Source: Eledone cirrhosa (taxonomy: Eukaryota). Taken from it: a stretch of 64,000 nucleotides of DNA. Shown in pieces: positions 26,201 to 38,227 of the stretch (its first letter is position 1; every line of letters starts with the position of its first letter). Position numbers and translations under genes: made by a program. Location of the stretch: contig OZ024753.1 of assembly GCA_964016885.1 (NCBI GenBank), positions 41,912,001 through 41,976,000 on the forward strand. The letters run 5' to 3'. The notes below the pieces were generated by a model, which did no database searches, had not been told where the DNA came from, and was given only the letters and a program-made list of their open reading frames with translations.

Positions 26201-26336
26201 AATATATATATACATATATATATATATACACACAAATATATATATACATACACACAAATATATATATATACATACACACAAATATATATATATACATATA
26301 TATATAGATATATAGATATATACATACACACAAATA

Positions 26337-26374
<38 letters not shown>

Positions 26375-26407
26375 CATATATATACATATATAGATATATA
26401 CATACAC

Positions 26408-26444
<37 letters not shown>

Positions 26445-26478
26445 TATACATATATATATATATATATAAGTAATAATA

Positions 26479-26570
26479 CAAGAGTGTCCCCCAAAATGTA
26501 TACACACTTTGATTACCTGTATAGATTAGAATGCTGTTGATGTGTGTATACATTTTGGGAGGACACCCTG
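26479..26570. mobile_element. Tc1/mariner-type MITE
   Basis: TIR CAGGGTGTCCCCCAAAATGTATACACAC, imperfect; second copy at 53804-53877. Confidence 0.7.
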
Positions 26571-26578
26571 TGTGTGCG

Positions 26579-26609
<31 letters not shown>

Positions 26610-27891
26610 TCAGAGAAGATATTGCTAGTTTCAGCAAATTCCTTTGATTGATCCCTCTTATATTCAAGGCAAAGAATTTGCCAGAGTTACTAAGGCGTTT
26701 CATTAAATGTCTCAATGTTTCTTGTGGATCTCTGCAATCTGAGTTCAAATCGAGGAGATGTCAACTTTACCTTTCATCCTTTAGGGGTCTCATATAAATA
26801 AAGTACCACTTCAATACCATGAAAATTCTTCCCTCTTCATTTATCACACACACACACACACACACTCTCTCAGGAAAAAATCGTGGGTGTTCTGATATAA
26901 AGAGGGAAGGGCTCCACTATGTTTAAACATTCCCAAGAGACGCCGTGTGGTCATGACGGCGTCCCTACGACATCACCGAGAGCCAAGCCCACACCTCCTA
27001 TATATCTATATAATATATTTGTAGTAAGGTTGCTTGGATGCTTCCATAGGCGGTTTGCCGGTTGAGCACTCTATGCTCCTTCAGAGCAGAGTATAATAAT
27101 ATGGAAAACGAAGAATCAGTGATGCATCGGAACACAATTTATTACGTATTACAATTGTTTCTACGCCGAACAGCTGGAGGTGCGATCTGTTTGTTGATCG
27201 AACCTGACTCTGGATTCGCCAGTTCCTCAGATACGTCTTCGAAGTCACTATATATATATTATATTCAGATATATTTTCAAAGTAACTGAATTTTATAATA
27301 ACTGGCCTCAAAATATTTAGATATGATTTCAAAATGGTTTGAGTGTCGAGGGAGAGATTAAAATTACTTTTAAATTTACGAAACCATACGAGGTAATTTT
27401 ATGTTCTGCTACTTTGGACGATATAAAAAACGAAAGTCCAATCGAAAACCAATTATCTTGAATAATTAAATGTCTGTGGTAGTCAAAATATTTCTATTTT
27501 GGAATCAATTAGGTGAATTTCTATTTTACCTTTATTTTTTTAAAACAGTAAATATTCTTTACGTTTGTGAATTTGTTTTGCTAGATTCTTGATGTGAAAT
27601 CGTGTGTTGAAACCAATATTGTTATATTTGGGGATGGTAGGAGCGGTGGAACGGGGGGGGGGGATAACATTGCTTTTCATATTGTCGAGGTTGATAAATA
27701 AGATACCAGTCAGGTACTGAGGTCGATTCTTTCTTTGTATCTTTTTCTCATTTTCTGTCTCTCACTCTCAAACTCTCTCACTTCCTCTGGAAGAAATCGA
27801 TTGTGTTTAAACCCGGAAAAAGCAGGTTTCACCAGGTTTAAATGCACAAGGCGGCGTCGCAACGACTTCTCCGGGATTTAAGGGCCCATGT

Positions 27892-28262
27892 ACGAGAGTC
27901 GGCTAAAAAGTTCATAGGGCTAACTATGAAAGATCGATGCTAGAGCTGTAAAATCTTGTATGCATTAATTTCAACTCCTTTTATTAATAACTGCATTATT
28001 TCTTTCCAGGGACTATGTTGAAAAATAAACCTAATTTGGTGATTCTATGAGAGTATCTTGGTCAGCCCATGGATTTTTAGCTGACCCTCGAATAGCGATG
28101 CTAGAGCTATGAAATCTTGCATGCATTAATTGCATTAATTCCAAATCTTCTTCTTAATAACTGCATCGTTTCTTTCCAGGAACTAGGCTGAAAAAATAAA
28201 CCCCATTTGGTTTCTATGAGAGTATCTTGGTCAGCCCATGGATTTTTTTATCTGACCCTTGT
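27892..28262. mobile_element. Mariner-type MITE with internal tandem duplication
   Basis: TA-CGAGAGTCGGCTAAAAAGTTCATAGG ... TTTTTAGCTGACCCTCG; the right part is repeated; same family as 54520-54894. Confidence 0.7.
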
Positions 28263-28651
28263 ATGTATGTTGAACCCTAGAAAAAGGCTGACAATTCTAG
28301 TTAATATCTTACACAGATATTATATATTTGCCTACAAGAGAATAGTTTAATGCTATATATTTTACTGTGATTAAGGTATGGTAGGGAATAAGGAATGTAT
28401 CAACATTTCTTCGTTTCAAACCTTATTTCCATATTTTAATAACACAAACCAGAAAATTTGTATCACAAGTAAACCCAACTTTCTCCTGAAGCCATATAAA
28501 AACCTATTTAATATTTCAGTATATTATATCCTTAGCAAGGCTTCCTTCTTCTTATTGTTTCCCTTTCCATTAAATTATTTCCCTTATATTTTTATTTTGT
28601 TTATATGTTTATATCGTCTTTGAAACATTTTTCTGTGTAAATGGAAAAATA

Positions 28652-28841
28652 ATTGTTTCTACTTTAGGCACAAGGCCAGCAATTACCCAGTGCATTACTG
28701 GTACTTTATTTTATCGACCCCGTAAGGATGAAAGGCAAAGTTAACCTCGGCGGGATTTGAACTCAGAATGGCAAGGGCCTGTAACTCTATGCGTCAAATC
28801 ATGGTGTCCGACCCTCGACCGATACTGCCAATTCACCGCCT
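28652..28841 (-). mobile_element. SINE family A with 18-bp TSD
   Basis: Flanked by TGTAAATGGAAAAATAAT twice. Confidence 0.88.
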
Positions 28842-29828
28842 TGTAAATGGAAAAATAATGGTGACAAGCAATACTGTTAAGTAATATTAGGATTTTCATA
28901 TCCAATTGAGTTCTAGCACGTGGCTTGAATTTTTTTCAGAATTCATTGACCTGCGCATGTATTGTTTTTTGGCGGTAATCTCCTTCTTCCTATTTTCGGG
29001 ACAGTGTGAGATTTTCTTTAGAACTGCTGGAGTAACAACCTAGCAGCTCCATCGAGCACTGATGGTGATTATCGCTAAATATTGAGGTTGATTTGGTTAT
29101 CAATATTAATATTATTGGGCACCCACTGAATAATTATAAGAGCCCACTTGAATAAGTATCTGTTGATCTTATACAAGCTTCTAAAGAGCGGCACCCCAAC
29201 GCCTGGTTGTTCCACAAGTGTTATAAGTGGCACTCCAGAAGTGTTAAAAGTGGCTCCCCAAAAGCTGGTTACACCAGTTTAATGAGAAAAACTTTTTCAT
29301 AAACTAAAACAGAGAGATTGAGAACATATCAATCAATACAGAACATAATCGAATATCTTTTATATATCTTTTTGTACTATTTTCAATTAAAATATAACTA
29401 ACAAAATTTTGAATTTTCTTTTCTTTCCTAATTGGATTAATTAATAATCACTGTAAAAACATTGCACTAAAATTGATATCAACATCAAAACATTTGGGAA
29501 ATGGGCGAAACTGTTAATGAGAAAAAGAAAATCAAAGAAAAGTTCGTTGAATCCTTTTCATAGGAACCCACCTGAACCGCCTCTCATTCAACCATAGAAA
29601 TTGTTTGTTTTAAAATACTTAGATTTATTGAAATTTTTTTTTTACGTAAGAACCTTTGTTATGTTATGTTCGAAGCATCTACTTATACAGTTCCGAGTTC
29701 TTGATTATTTTCAAAATTATTTGAAAATCATAGACAATGTCTTTCTTTCATTAGAAATATTGTAATGGAAGGTTCCAAGAATGAGAAACATTTCCAATAT
29801 TTATTAGGTTGGTATAATAGGAAAAGAG

Positions 29829-29864
29829 TCTTAACATTTCGGACACAAGTCCTTCATCAGAAGA
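29829..29864 (-). ncRNA. Minimal Penelope-type hammerhead motif
   Basis: Minus strand reads TCTT-CTGATGA-A-GGAC(TTGT)GTCC-GAAATGTT-AAGA. Confidence 0.55.
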
Positions 29865-30110
29865 TAGAATGAAAAATAGAAGATGAAATAGAAAGAAAGA
29901 TAGAGAGTGAGAGGGGGAAGGAACGTAAACAAATTTTTTTGAGAAAAAACACGTGTGTAATCAGTCAGCCATTATACATACACACATATATATATATATA
30001 TATATGTGTATATATATATATATATTCATTTTATTAAGGTTAAATAGTAAGTCTTGTCACTCTGGAATTTCGCCTGTTTATCACAGGGTCATCATATATA
30101 TACATACATT

Positions 30111-30165
<55 letters not shown>

Positions 30166-30179
30166 TAGTTTTAAAAAAA

Positions 30180-30305
<126 letters not shown>

Positions 30306-31257
30306 TGTGTGTGTGTGTGTGTGTGTATGTATATAACAGCTTGAATGGAATGTTTGTGACACGATTTGATTCCCAATGTGGTATTTTGTTTATATTGTAG
30401 AGTAGATTCCATTACGATATTTAATATTTCGGCCATTTCCTGAAACTGTAGGCTAGACTAGCAGACATCAGTTGACAAGTGTTGTAAACTAATGCCATAC
30501 CATATCAGTGGTGTTGTTAATGGTAATATGGTAATGGTGTTGGTGTTGTTGGTGTGAGGCTAAAGAAGATAGAATGTGTAAGGCACGCTGGTCTGGTTCA
30601 GTTTACTTTATGGAGAGTTGTCAGTTATAACTAAACATTCCCAGCTGCCAAAATAATTTAAAAAAAACCACAAAACAAGACAAAAACAAATAATAACAAC
30701 AACAACAATAATAAATAAATAAAAATAAAAAACAATAATAAATAAATGAAAAATATATAACAAATAAGTGAAGTAAAAATAAAAATAAAGAACAAAACAA
30801 AATAAAATACGAAACATAAAATAAAGAATAATAATAATAACAATAATATATAAATAAATAGAAATAAAAATAAAGGGTAAAAATAGAAATAAAATGTAAA
30901 AAATAAAAAATCAAGATGGCGGGTAGTTGTTTTATGAATGCCAATGCATTGGTTGAAGAAATATTACAGTTTGTTAGTTCTCTATCATAGCTGACCTTTC
31001 TCTCTCTCTTATTACCCCCCCCCCCCCTACTTTACTATATTCACTAATCCCGTATTTCCGTACGTCAATTAAATAATTTTCTATCTTAAAACTGATCCTT
31101 ATCGCCGCCATTTTCCCTATTGCTTTAGAAACTCTTTAGTAAACATTTTTTTTTGTTTTTTTTTGTTTTTAACTTTTCAGTCTTTTCTGTGGTTTTCAAG
31201 TCCGTTTATCTTCATATTTCAGGAAATCTATCTTTCCTATTCGCACTTTGGCTATAT

Positions 31258-31310
<53 letters not shown>

Positions 31311-31554
31311 ATTGTGCCTGGTTCTATGTGTCTACTATATATATATAGTACACACATAGAACCAGGCATAATTATATAATATACATCCACATATGATATA
31401 ATATTAAAAATTATATATAATGATAATAGATTCCAATCATTACATAATGCCTGGGAACCTATTACGCATGTATGTATGTATGTATGTATGTATGTATGTA
31501 TGTATGTATGTATGTATGTATGTATGTATGTATGTATGTATGTATGTATGTATG

Positions 31555-32162
31555 GTCAGGTCACCAGTTGGTGCTACTGGTAACATGTATCCCAGTACAA
31601 CCTGTCTCATGGTCGGGTCGTTGGCGACTAAACTGGCAACCCCACCAAGGTTTCTTGGTGAGGAGGGTGACTTTGGACATCCTGCAGGACTAAAAACAAA
31701 ACCTGTCAAAGGGCAAAGGAGCTCTTAAGAGTTAATGGCCATCCAAAATCACCTGGAGAGATGACCCCTTAGCCTTTGTCAAGGCAGAATTCTAGGAGAA
31801 GGAAAACTCTGATATAACACCTGCAACCCTGATGGTATCCAATGATGTTGACTTGTTCTTCTTTTTGGTAAATATCATCTTGGTTAAGAGAATGGGACTG
31901 GCTTTGTGCAGTGCCTTTGCTCACTATAAAAGCTTCACGGCACAGGCATTGCTTTATATTTGGAGATCTCTCTGCACTTGTCGTCACATGGTACCATGGG
32001 CCCAGCACTATGTGTCAATAATTGTCACAAGTGTAGTGTTTGTACCAGAGTTTTCAAGTCGCTGGCTGCCTAAAAAGTCACACTTGTTCAGCGCATCGGT
32101 AGGGGTTCTCCTACATGGATATAAAGTAGTGGCCGTACTCGAAAACGAGTTGGCAGCCACCA
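31555..32162 (+). mobile_element. Probable non-autonomous or deleted LINE inserted in a (TATG)n tract
   Basis: Higher-GC block flanked by (TATG)n on both sides; structured 5' end; ctaggagaaggaaaactctg resembles LINE 5' UTRs. Confidence 0.4.
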
Positions 32163-32346
32163 TGTATGTATGTATGTATGTATGTATGTATGGATGGATG
32201 GATGTATGTATGTATGGATGGATGGATGGACGTATGGATGTATGGATGGATGGATGGATGCAAAAGGAAAACAGAAATAACATAACAAACGTCACATTAC
32301 ATGGAAGAAATATATTAGTTTGACGCTTGAAATAGCAGGAAGAGAG

Positions 32347-32382
32347 TCTTAACGTTTCAGACGCTAGTCCTTCATCAGAAGA
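32347..32382 (-). ncRNA. Minimal Penelope-type hammerhead motif with palindromic helix III (AACGTT)
   Basis: Minus strand reads TCTT-CTGATGA-A-GGAC(TAGC)GTCT-GAAACGTT-AAGA; same repeat family as 29829-29864. Confidence 0.6.
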
Positions 32383-32719
32383 TAGAGTTAGAAATAGAAG
32401 CTGAATAGAAAGTAAAGAGTGATGAGAGGAAGGAACGGGGGAAAATGAGGGGGAGAAAAAAACACACGTGCGTAACCAGTCGGCCATCTTTGATGTATAG
32501 TGAACTATTCTAAATCTCCCTGAGAACCACGTTAAATGTACACATGTTTATGGAATGCTCAGTCACTTACTTCCGATCTGAAAAGGGGGTATTGGCCCTG
32601 AAATATCATGCTAAAATACACTTTACTTTGTTTTATTTGTCCTCATTTACCTTCGTATTTTTCCACTACATTGTACCAGCTTTAAAAAAAATGATCGGTT
32701 CCTATGCTACTATCTCCAG

Positions 32720-32791
<72 letters not shown>

Positions 32792-32796
32792 TTAGC

Positions 32797-33005
32797 GATC
32801 GACTTTCGTCAAATCGGATCGAGGAAACAATGTTTCCGTTGGTCTTTCCAATTGCTAATACTATCTATCGGTCGCAACTCCAGGTAGAAGGAGCAACGTG
32901 AAATAAAGTGTCTTGCTCAAGGACATAACGCATCGCCTGGTCCAGGAATCGAACTCTCAACCTCAAGATTGTGAATCTAATTATCTAACCACTCAGCCAC
33001 ACGCC
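32797..33005 (-). mobile_element. Related tRNA-SINE, copy of 16158-16370
   Basis: Near-identity over ~210 bp. Confidence 0.75.
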
Positions 33006-33150
33006 TATATATATATATGCCTCTGTATTTTCTCTAAATATAGTTTTAAAAAAATCCCCTTTCTTTAAACCCATCAACCAACGACCACCACCCATCCCAA
33101 TCTCCTACCACCAGAAAATGTATAAATACCACCATATTACATTGACAGTC

Positions 33151-33201
33151 GGCTTCCTGATGATTTCTCCCGAATGAAACAGTTCTAGTCCTGTAGAAGC
33201 C
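33151..33201 (+). ncRNA. Type I hammerhead ribozyme motif, all three helices present
   Basis: GGCTTC-CTGATGA-T-TTC(TCCC)GAA-T-GAA-ACAG(TTCTAGTC)CTGT-A-GAAGCC; GUA triplet. Confidence 0.75.
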
Positions 33202-33283
33202 ATTTCTATATTAAATATTTATACTCTGCTATGTATTGAGTACCTTACTTACTGTAGTTACCCCCGATTGAACCCGGTATAAA

Positions 33284-33326
<43 letters not shown>

Positions 33327-34093
33327 GTTATTCCGGGTTGAATCGGGGGTAACTACAGTAAGTAAGGTACTCAATACATAGCAGAGTATAACAGTTTTAA
33401 TATAGATGAGATTCTACAGGACTAGAACTGTTTCATTCATTAGAAATCATCTGATGATTTCTAATGAATGAAACAGTTCTAGTCCTGTAGAATCTCATCT
33501 ATATTAAAACTATATATATATATATATATATATAACGAAGGAGGTGTGGTAGGGAACCAGGTGGATCATAACGCACCAGAGTACTCGATACTTTGGGTAG
33601 CAGAGTGGGTAATAGGAAAAGAGTCAGGACCCCGACGGCAGAGCTCAAGCCGTTTCGACGGCTATTTCTCGTCGAAACGGCTTGAGCTCCACCGTCGGGG
33701 TCCTGACTCTTTTCATATATATATATATATATACATAGATACACGTAACCATGTGCGTACAGGTGTGTGTAAATATGTCTATATTTATAAGTGTGTACTT
33801 GTGTGAAGGTCACCCCCCCCCCCACACACACCCACATAGAATAACCACAGCACGGCCATAGCCGCACCACAAACACAATGCTAAAACACATACAATAGAG
33901 AGCTTGAGATGACCTGGAGTTGACCTGAGATGACCTAGAGTTGACCTGACATAACCTCAACTACTTTTACAACCGCCTGAAAGCACCCCTGGTCCTTCAA
34001 TACAAAATAAGTCAGTCATATTTGTCTAAAACCTTCCATCATGATTCTCTGTAAGAACCTTACTTAAGTTACATCCCATACACTTGATTAATA

Positions 34094-34271
34094 GTTGTTT
34101 CTACTTTAGGCACAAGGCCAGCAAATACCCAGTGTATTACTGGTACTTTATTTTATCGACCCCGTAAGGATGAAAGGCAAAGTTAACCTCGGCGGGATTT
34201 GAACTCAGATCATAAAGGGACGTAACTCTATGCTTCAAAGCATGGCGTCCGACCCTCTACCGATACTGCCG
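34094..34271 (-). mobile_element. SINE family A
   Basis: Family consensus match. Confidence 0.85.
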
Positions 34272-34284
34272 AGTAAAAATAATT

Positions 34285-35081
34285 AGTGGCTCTTTCAGCG
34301 AGCCTCGTGAAATGAAGTGGCTCTTTCAGCGAGCCTCGTGAAATGGAGTGGCTCTTTCAGCGAGCCTCGTGAAATGGAGTGGCTCTTTCAGCGAGCCTCG
34401 TGAAATGGAGTGGCTCTTTCAGCGAGCCTCGTGAAATGGAGTGGCTCTTTCAGCGAGCCTCGTGAAATGGAGTGGCTCTTTCAGCGAGCCTCGTGAAATG
34501 GAGTGGCTCTTTCAGCGAGCCTCGTGAAATGGAGTGGCTCTTTCAGCGAGCCTCGTGAAATGGAGTGGCTCTTTCAGCGAGCCTCGTGAAATGGAGTGAC
34601 TCTTTCAGCGAGCCTCGTGAAATGGAGTGGCTCTTTCAGCGAGCCTCGTGAAATGGAGTGACTCTTTCAGCGAGCCTCGTGAAATGGAGTGGCTCTTTCA
34701 GCGAGCCTCGTGAAATGGAGTGACTCTTTCAGCGAGCCTCGTGAAATGGAGTGACTCTTTCAGCGAGCCTCGTGAAATGGAGTGGCTCTTTCAGCGCATC
34801 TCGTGAAATGGAGTGACTCTTTCAGCGAGCCTCGTGAAATGGAGTGGCTCTTTCAGCGCGTCTCGTGAAATGGAGTGGCTCTTTCAGCGAGCCTCGTGAA
34901 ATGGAGTGACTCTTTCAGCGAGCCTCGTGAAATGGAGTGGCTCTTTCAGCGCGTCTCGTGAAATGGAGTGGCTCTTTCAGCGAGCCTCGTGAAATGGAGT
35001 GACTCTTTCAGCGCGTCTCGTGAAATAGAGTGACTCTTTCAGCGAGCCTCGTGAAATGGAGTGGCTCTTTCAGCGCGTCTC
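34285..35081. repeat. 31-bp hairpin-containing tandem array, ~26 copies
   Basis: agtggctctttcagcgagcctcgtgaaatgg; no unique spacers. Confidence 0.95.
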
Positions 35082-35189
35082 CTTCGCCGTCGACGAGGAC
35101 AAATTGTTATTTAGAAATAACTGAGTGAAATTGATAGAAACAGAAGAAAAAAGCTGGACCGACTCTTGAAAACAAGGCGAAAATATAAT

Positions 35190-36161
35190 GGTTTCTGATT
35201 TAGGTACCACAAAGCCAACCATTTTTTTTTTGTGGATGGGGGGGGGGGGGGGGTGAGTCGCCTATATCAACCCCAGTGCATTACTGGTACTTTATTTTAT
35301 CGACCCTGTAAGGATGAAAAGCAAAGCTAACCTCGGTAGGATTTGACCCCAGAACGTAAAGGGTTGTAACTATATGCCGCAAATCATGTTGTCCGGCGCT
35401 CTACCGATATTGCTAATCTACAATGAAATCGTAAAAAAGGATTCAATGTCTTCCAGAGTATAACCCAGTGTTTATTGCTAATAAACTGTCTTGTAAATAA
35501 TTGTTTCTACTTTAGGCACAAGGCCAGCAATTACTCAGTGCATTACTGGTACTTTATTTTATCGACCCCGTAAGGATGAAAGGCATAGTCAACCTCGGCG
35601 GGATTTGAACTCAGACCATAAAGGGCCGTAACTCTATGCTGTAAAGCATGGCGTCCGACCCTCTACCGACACTGCCAATCCAGTAAATAATGGCTGTGTG
35701 GTTTGTTGTAAATAATGTGTAGTTAAGGGGGTGGAAACAAAACAGTGCAATCAAATTTTTTGCGGAAAAATATCTTACTTTCTCCAATAAAAAAAGATTA
35801 TGTATTTTACGAAATCCAGAGACTTTCAATAATTGTTTCTACTTTTGGCACAAGGCCAGCAATTACTCAGTAGATTACTGGTACTTTATTTTATCGACCC
35901 CATAAGGATGAAAGGCAAAGTTAACCTCGGCGGGATTTGAACTCAGAATGGCAAGGGCCGTAACTCTATGCGTCAAAGCATGGCGTCCGACCCTCTACCG
36001 ATACTGCCAATTCACCGCCCTTTCAGAGACTTTCAATAATTGTTTCTACTTTAGGCACAAGGCCAGCAATTACCCAGTGTATTACTGGTACTTTATTTTA
36101 TCGACCCTGTAAGGATGAAAGGCAAAGTCAACCTCGGCCGGATTTGAACACAGATCGTAAA
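35190..36161 (-). mobile_element. Cluster of four same-orientation family A SINEs
   Basis: Copies at ~35190-35420, 35502-35681, 35832-36021 and 36039-36161; TSDs visible for the last three. Confidence 0.85.
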
Positions 36162-36172
36162 AGACTTTCAAT

Positions 36173-36627
36173 AATGACCAGAAGTCGACCCTAAATATTA
36201 CTAATAGCTCTCGGAAAGAAATGAACGACAGTAGATCTTTTTAACTTTGATTTTGAAAGTAGGTTTATAATTATCAATTTTCATTATAATCTTGTAGCTG
36301 TCTCGGTGGCCGAGTTGGGGGTAGCATAGACGGTGGTGATCCTGGTCGGGAGTTGAGTTCCCGGTAAACCTTTTCAGTTTTTTCGTATTGGTAGTAAAAT
36401 AAAAACTGAAAAAAGGTTACATGTACCTCTTGACCAGGATTGAACCCAAGACCAGGATCTCCACCGTCTCTAGTACCTACCACTAGGGCACGGAGACAAC
36501 TACGAAAAGCTTATGAAAATTCATACTTATAAACCTACTTTCAACATTTTCAAACCGAAGTGTTGTGGAGTCGTTCATGTCTTTCTTAATGTTATTTCTC
36601 CTACTTAAGGTCGACTTCTAAATCATT
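36173..36627. mobile_element. ~455-bp imperfect foldback element with tRNA-like arms
   Basis: AATGACCAGAAGTCGACC ... GGTCGACTTCTAAATCATT; arms are complementary in blocks along their whole length. Confidence 0.7.
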
Positions 36628-36732
36628 TGGGTGTTCCATAAACTACATCCTCGTTTTGTGTCACATCTATCTAGACTATATTTTAACCTGTAATCCATGT
36701 TTCATTTCTGTTGCACCTCATTTCTCTCTCTC

Positions 36733-36770
<38 letters not shown>

Positions 36771-36818
36771 TATATATAATATATATATATATATAATATA
36801 TATATATATATAATATAT

Positions 36819-36849
<31 letters not shown>

Positions 36850-37467
36850 GTATGTTTGCATGCATGAATGAATACACTAAGCTTTAGATTTAGTAGAATG
36901 TACAAACACTAATTCCAGCTATTTGCATTAACATATATTTTGGTTTCTAGTAATTCCCTGGGGAATTGGTTGACCAAATGCTTTGCTTAATTGTTTTATT
37001 TATTTATTTTTTAATGTTATTATTTCTCTTAGATTTCAGATATTTTTTTGAAAGCAAAGCATTGGCCCCTAAAATACTACAGTGGGTCCTGCAATGCTAC
37101 TGTAGGCTCTTGCAATGCTACCGTGGGCCCCCTTGCTATTGGGCAACCTGGCAACCTGGTGGAGGTGTTGGTCGTGTGCTATGTGTGTGGGTGGGAGGGG
37201 GTCTGGTCGTGTCCTGGAGTGTTGTTGTCGTGAAAAAGGGTGTCACATATTTTATTGACGAAGCCCTGGACACACACGCTGCTATATTTTATTCATTTTA
37301 TCAATTTCGTGACAATACTTCTCAGCTGTGATTGTGTCGCCAGAATCCAGAAATCTTCAGTGGATTAACCCGGATGTGGACCACTAAACAATCAGCATGA
37401 CATCCTTTTGAAGTGTCTTCCGGTTTGGGAGCTTCATCTCGGTCCAACCTCTCTACTGAACGTCATC

Positions 37468-37766
37468 AAAGAGTGTGGTGCCCCAGCATAGCCACAGTCT
37501 AATGCCTGACACCAGTAAAAGAGTGTGGTGCCCCAGCATGGCCACAGTCTAATGCCTGACACTAGAAAAAGAGTTTGGTGCCCCAGCATGGTCACAGTTT
37601 AATGTCTGACACCAGTAAAAGAGTTTGGTGCCCCAGCATGGCCACAGTTTAATATCTGTCACCAGTAAAAGAGTTTGGTGCCCCAGCATGGCCACAGTTT
37701 AATATCTGTCACCAGTAAAAGAGTTTGGTGCCCCAGCATGGCCACAGTCTAATGCCTGACACCAGA
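37468..37766. repeat. 50-bp tandem array, 6 copies, resembling a SINE 3' tail
   Basis: aaagagtttggtgccccagcatggccacagtctaatgcctgacaccagta. Confidence 0.9.
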
Positions 37767-38227
37767 ATAAGAAGGAATAAAAAAGAAGCGACCGACGGGA
37801 AAGAAAGACTTGAAAACAGCGCGAAAATAAAATGAAAGGTTTCGTTCGTTGTTGTCGAAAGAGGCGGGGCTTAGTTGGAGAGAGAGAGGGGGGTATAGTT
37901 CTTTTGATTGACACATTATATTATATTTTCTCTTCCTCGTAATTAGCAATCAGGTTTTCTTTTTTTTTTTTTTGGTTTCTTTTGAAATCTTTCTCATAAT
38001 TACACTATATAATTAACCTGTTCATTACCACATTTCTAATTAAAAGACGTGTCCTGTGGTTTTCAAGTCATTTAAAAAAAAATAATTAAGAAATCTTTTT
38101 AGAGATTTAGTTAATATAAATAACAAACTTTCTCATTATTAAGTAATAATTTAATGAATAAATAAATAAATGAGTGATTGATTAAAAAAAAGGTCCCTTC
38201 CCCAGAAAAATTGGTTCAGGAGTTGTT

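Noticed and set aside
26939-26963. GACGCCGT/ACGGCGTC hairpin as a Helitron 3' end
   Set aside because: No correctly spaced CTRR terminus and no second copy in the window
34285-35081. CRISPR array
   Set aside because: Palindromic 31-mers abut directly with no unique spacers; no cas genes; eukaryotic context
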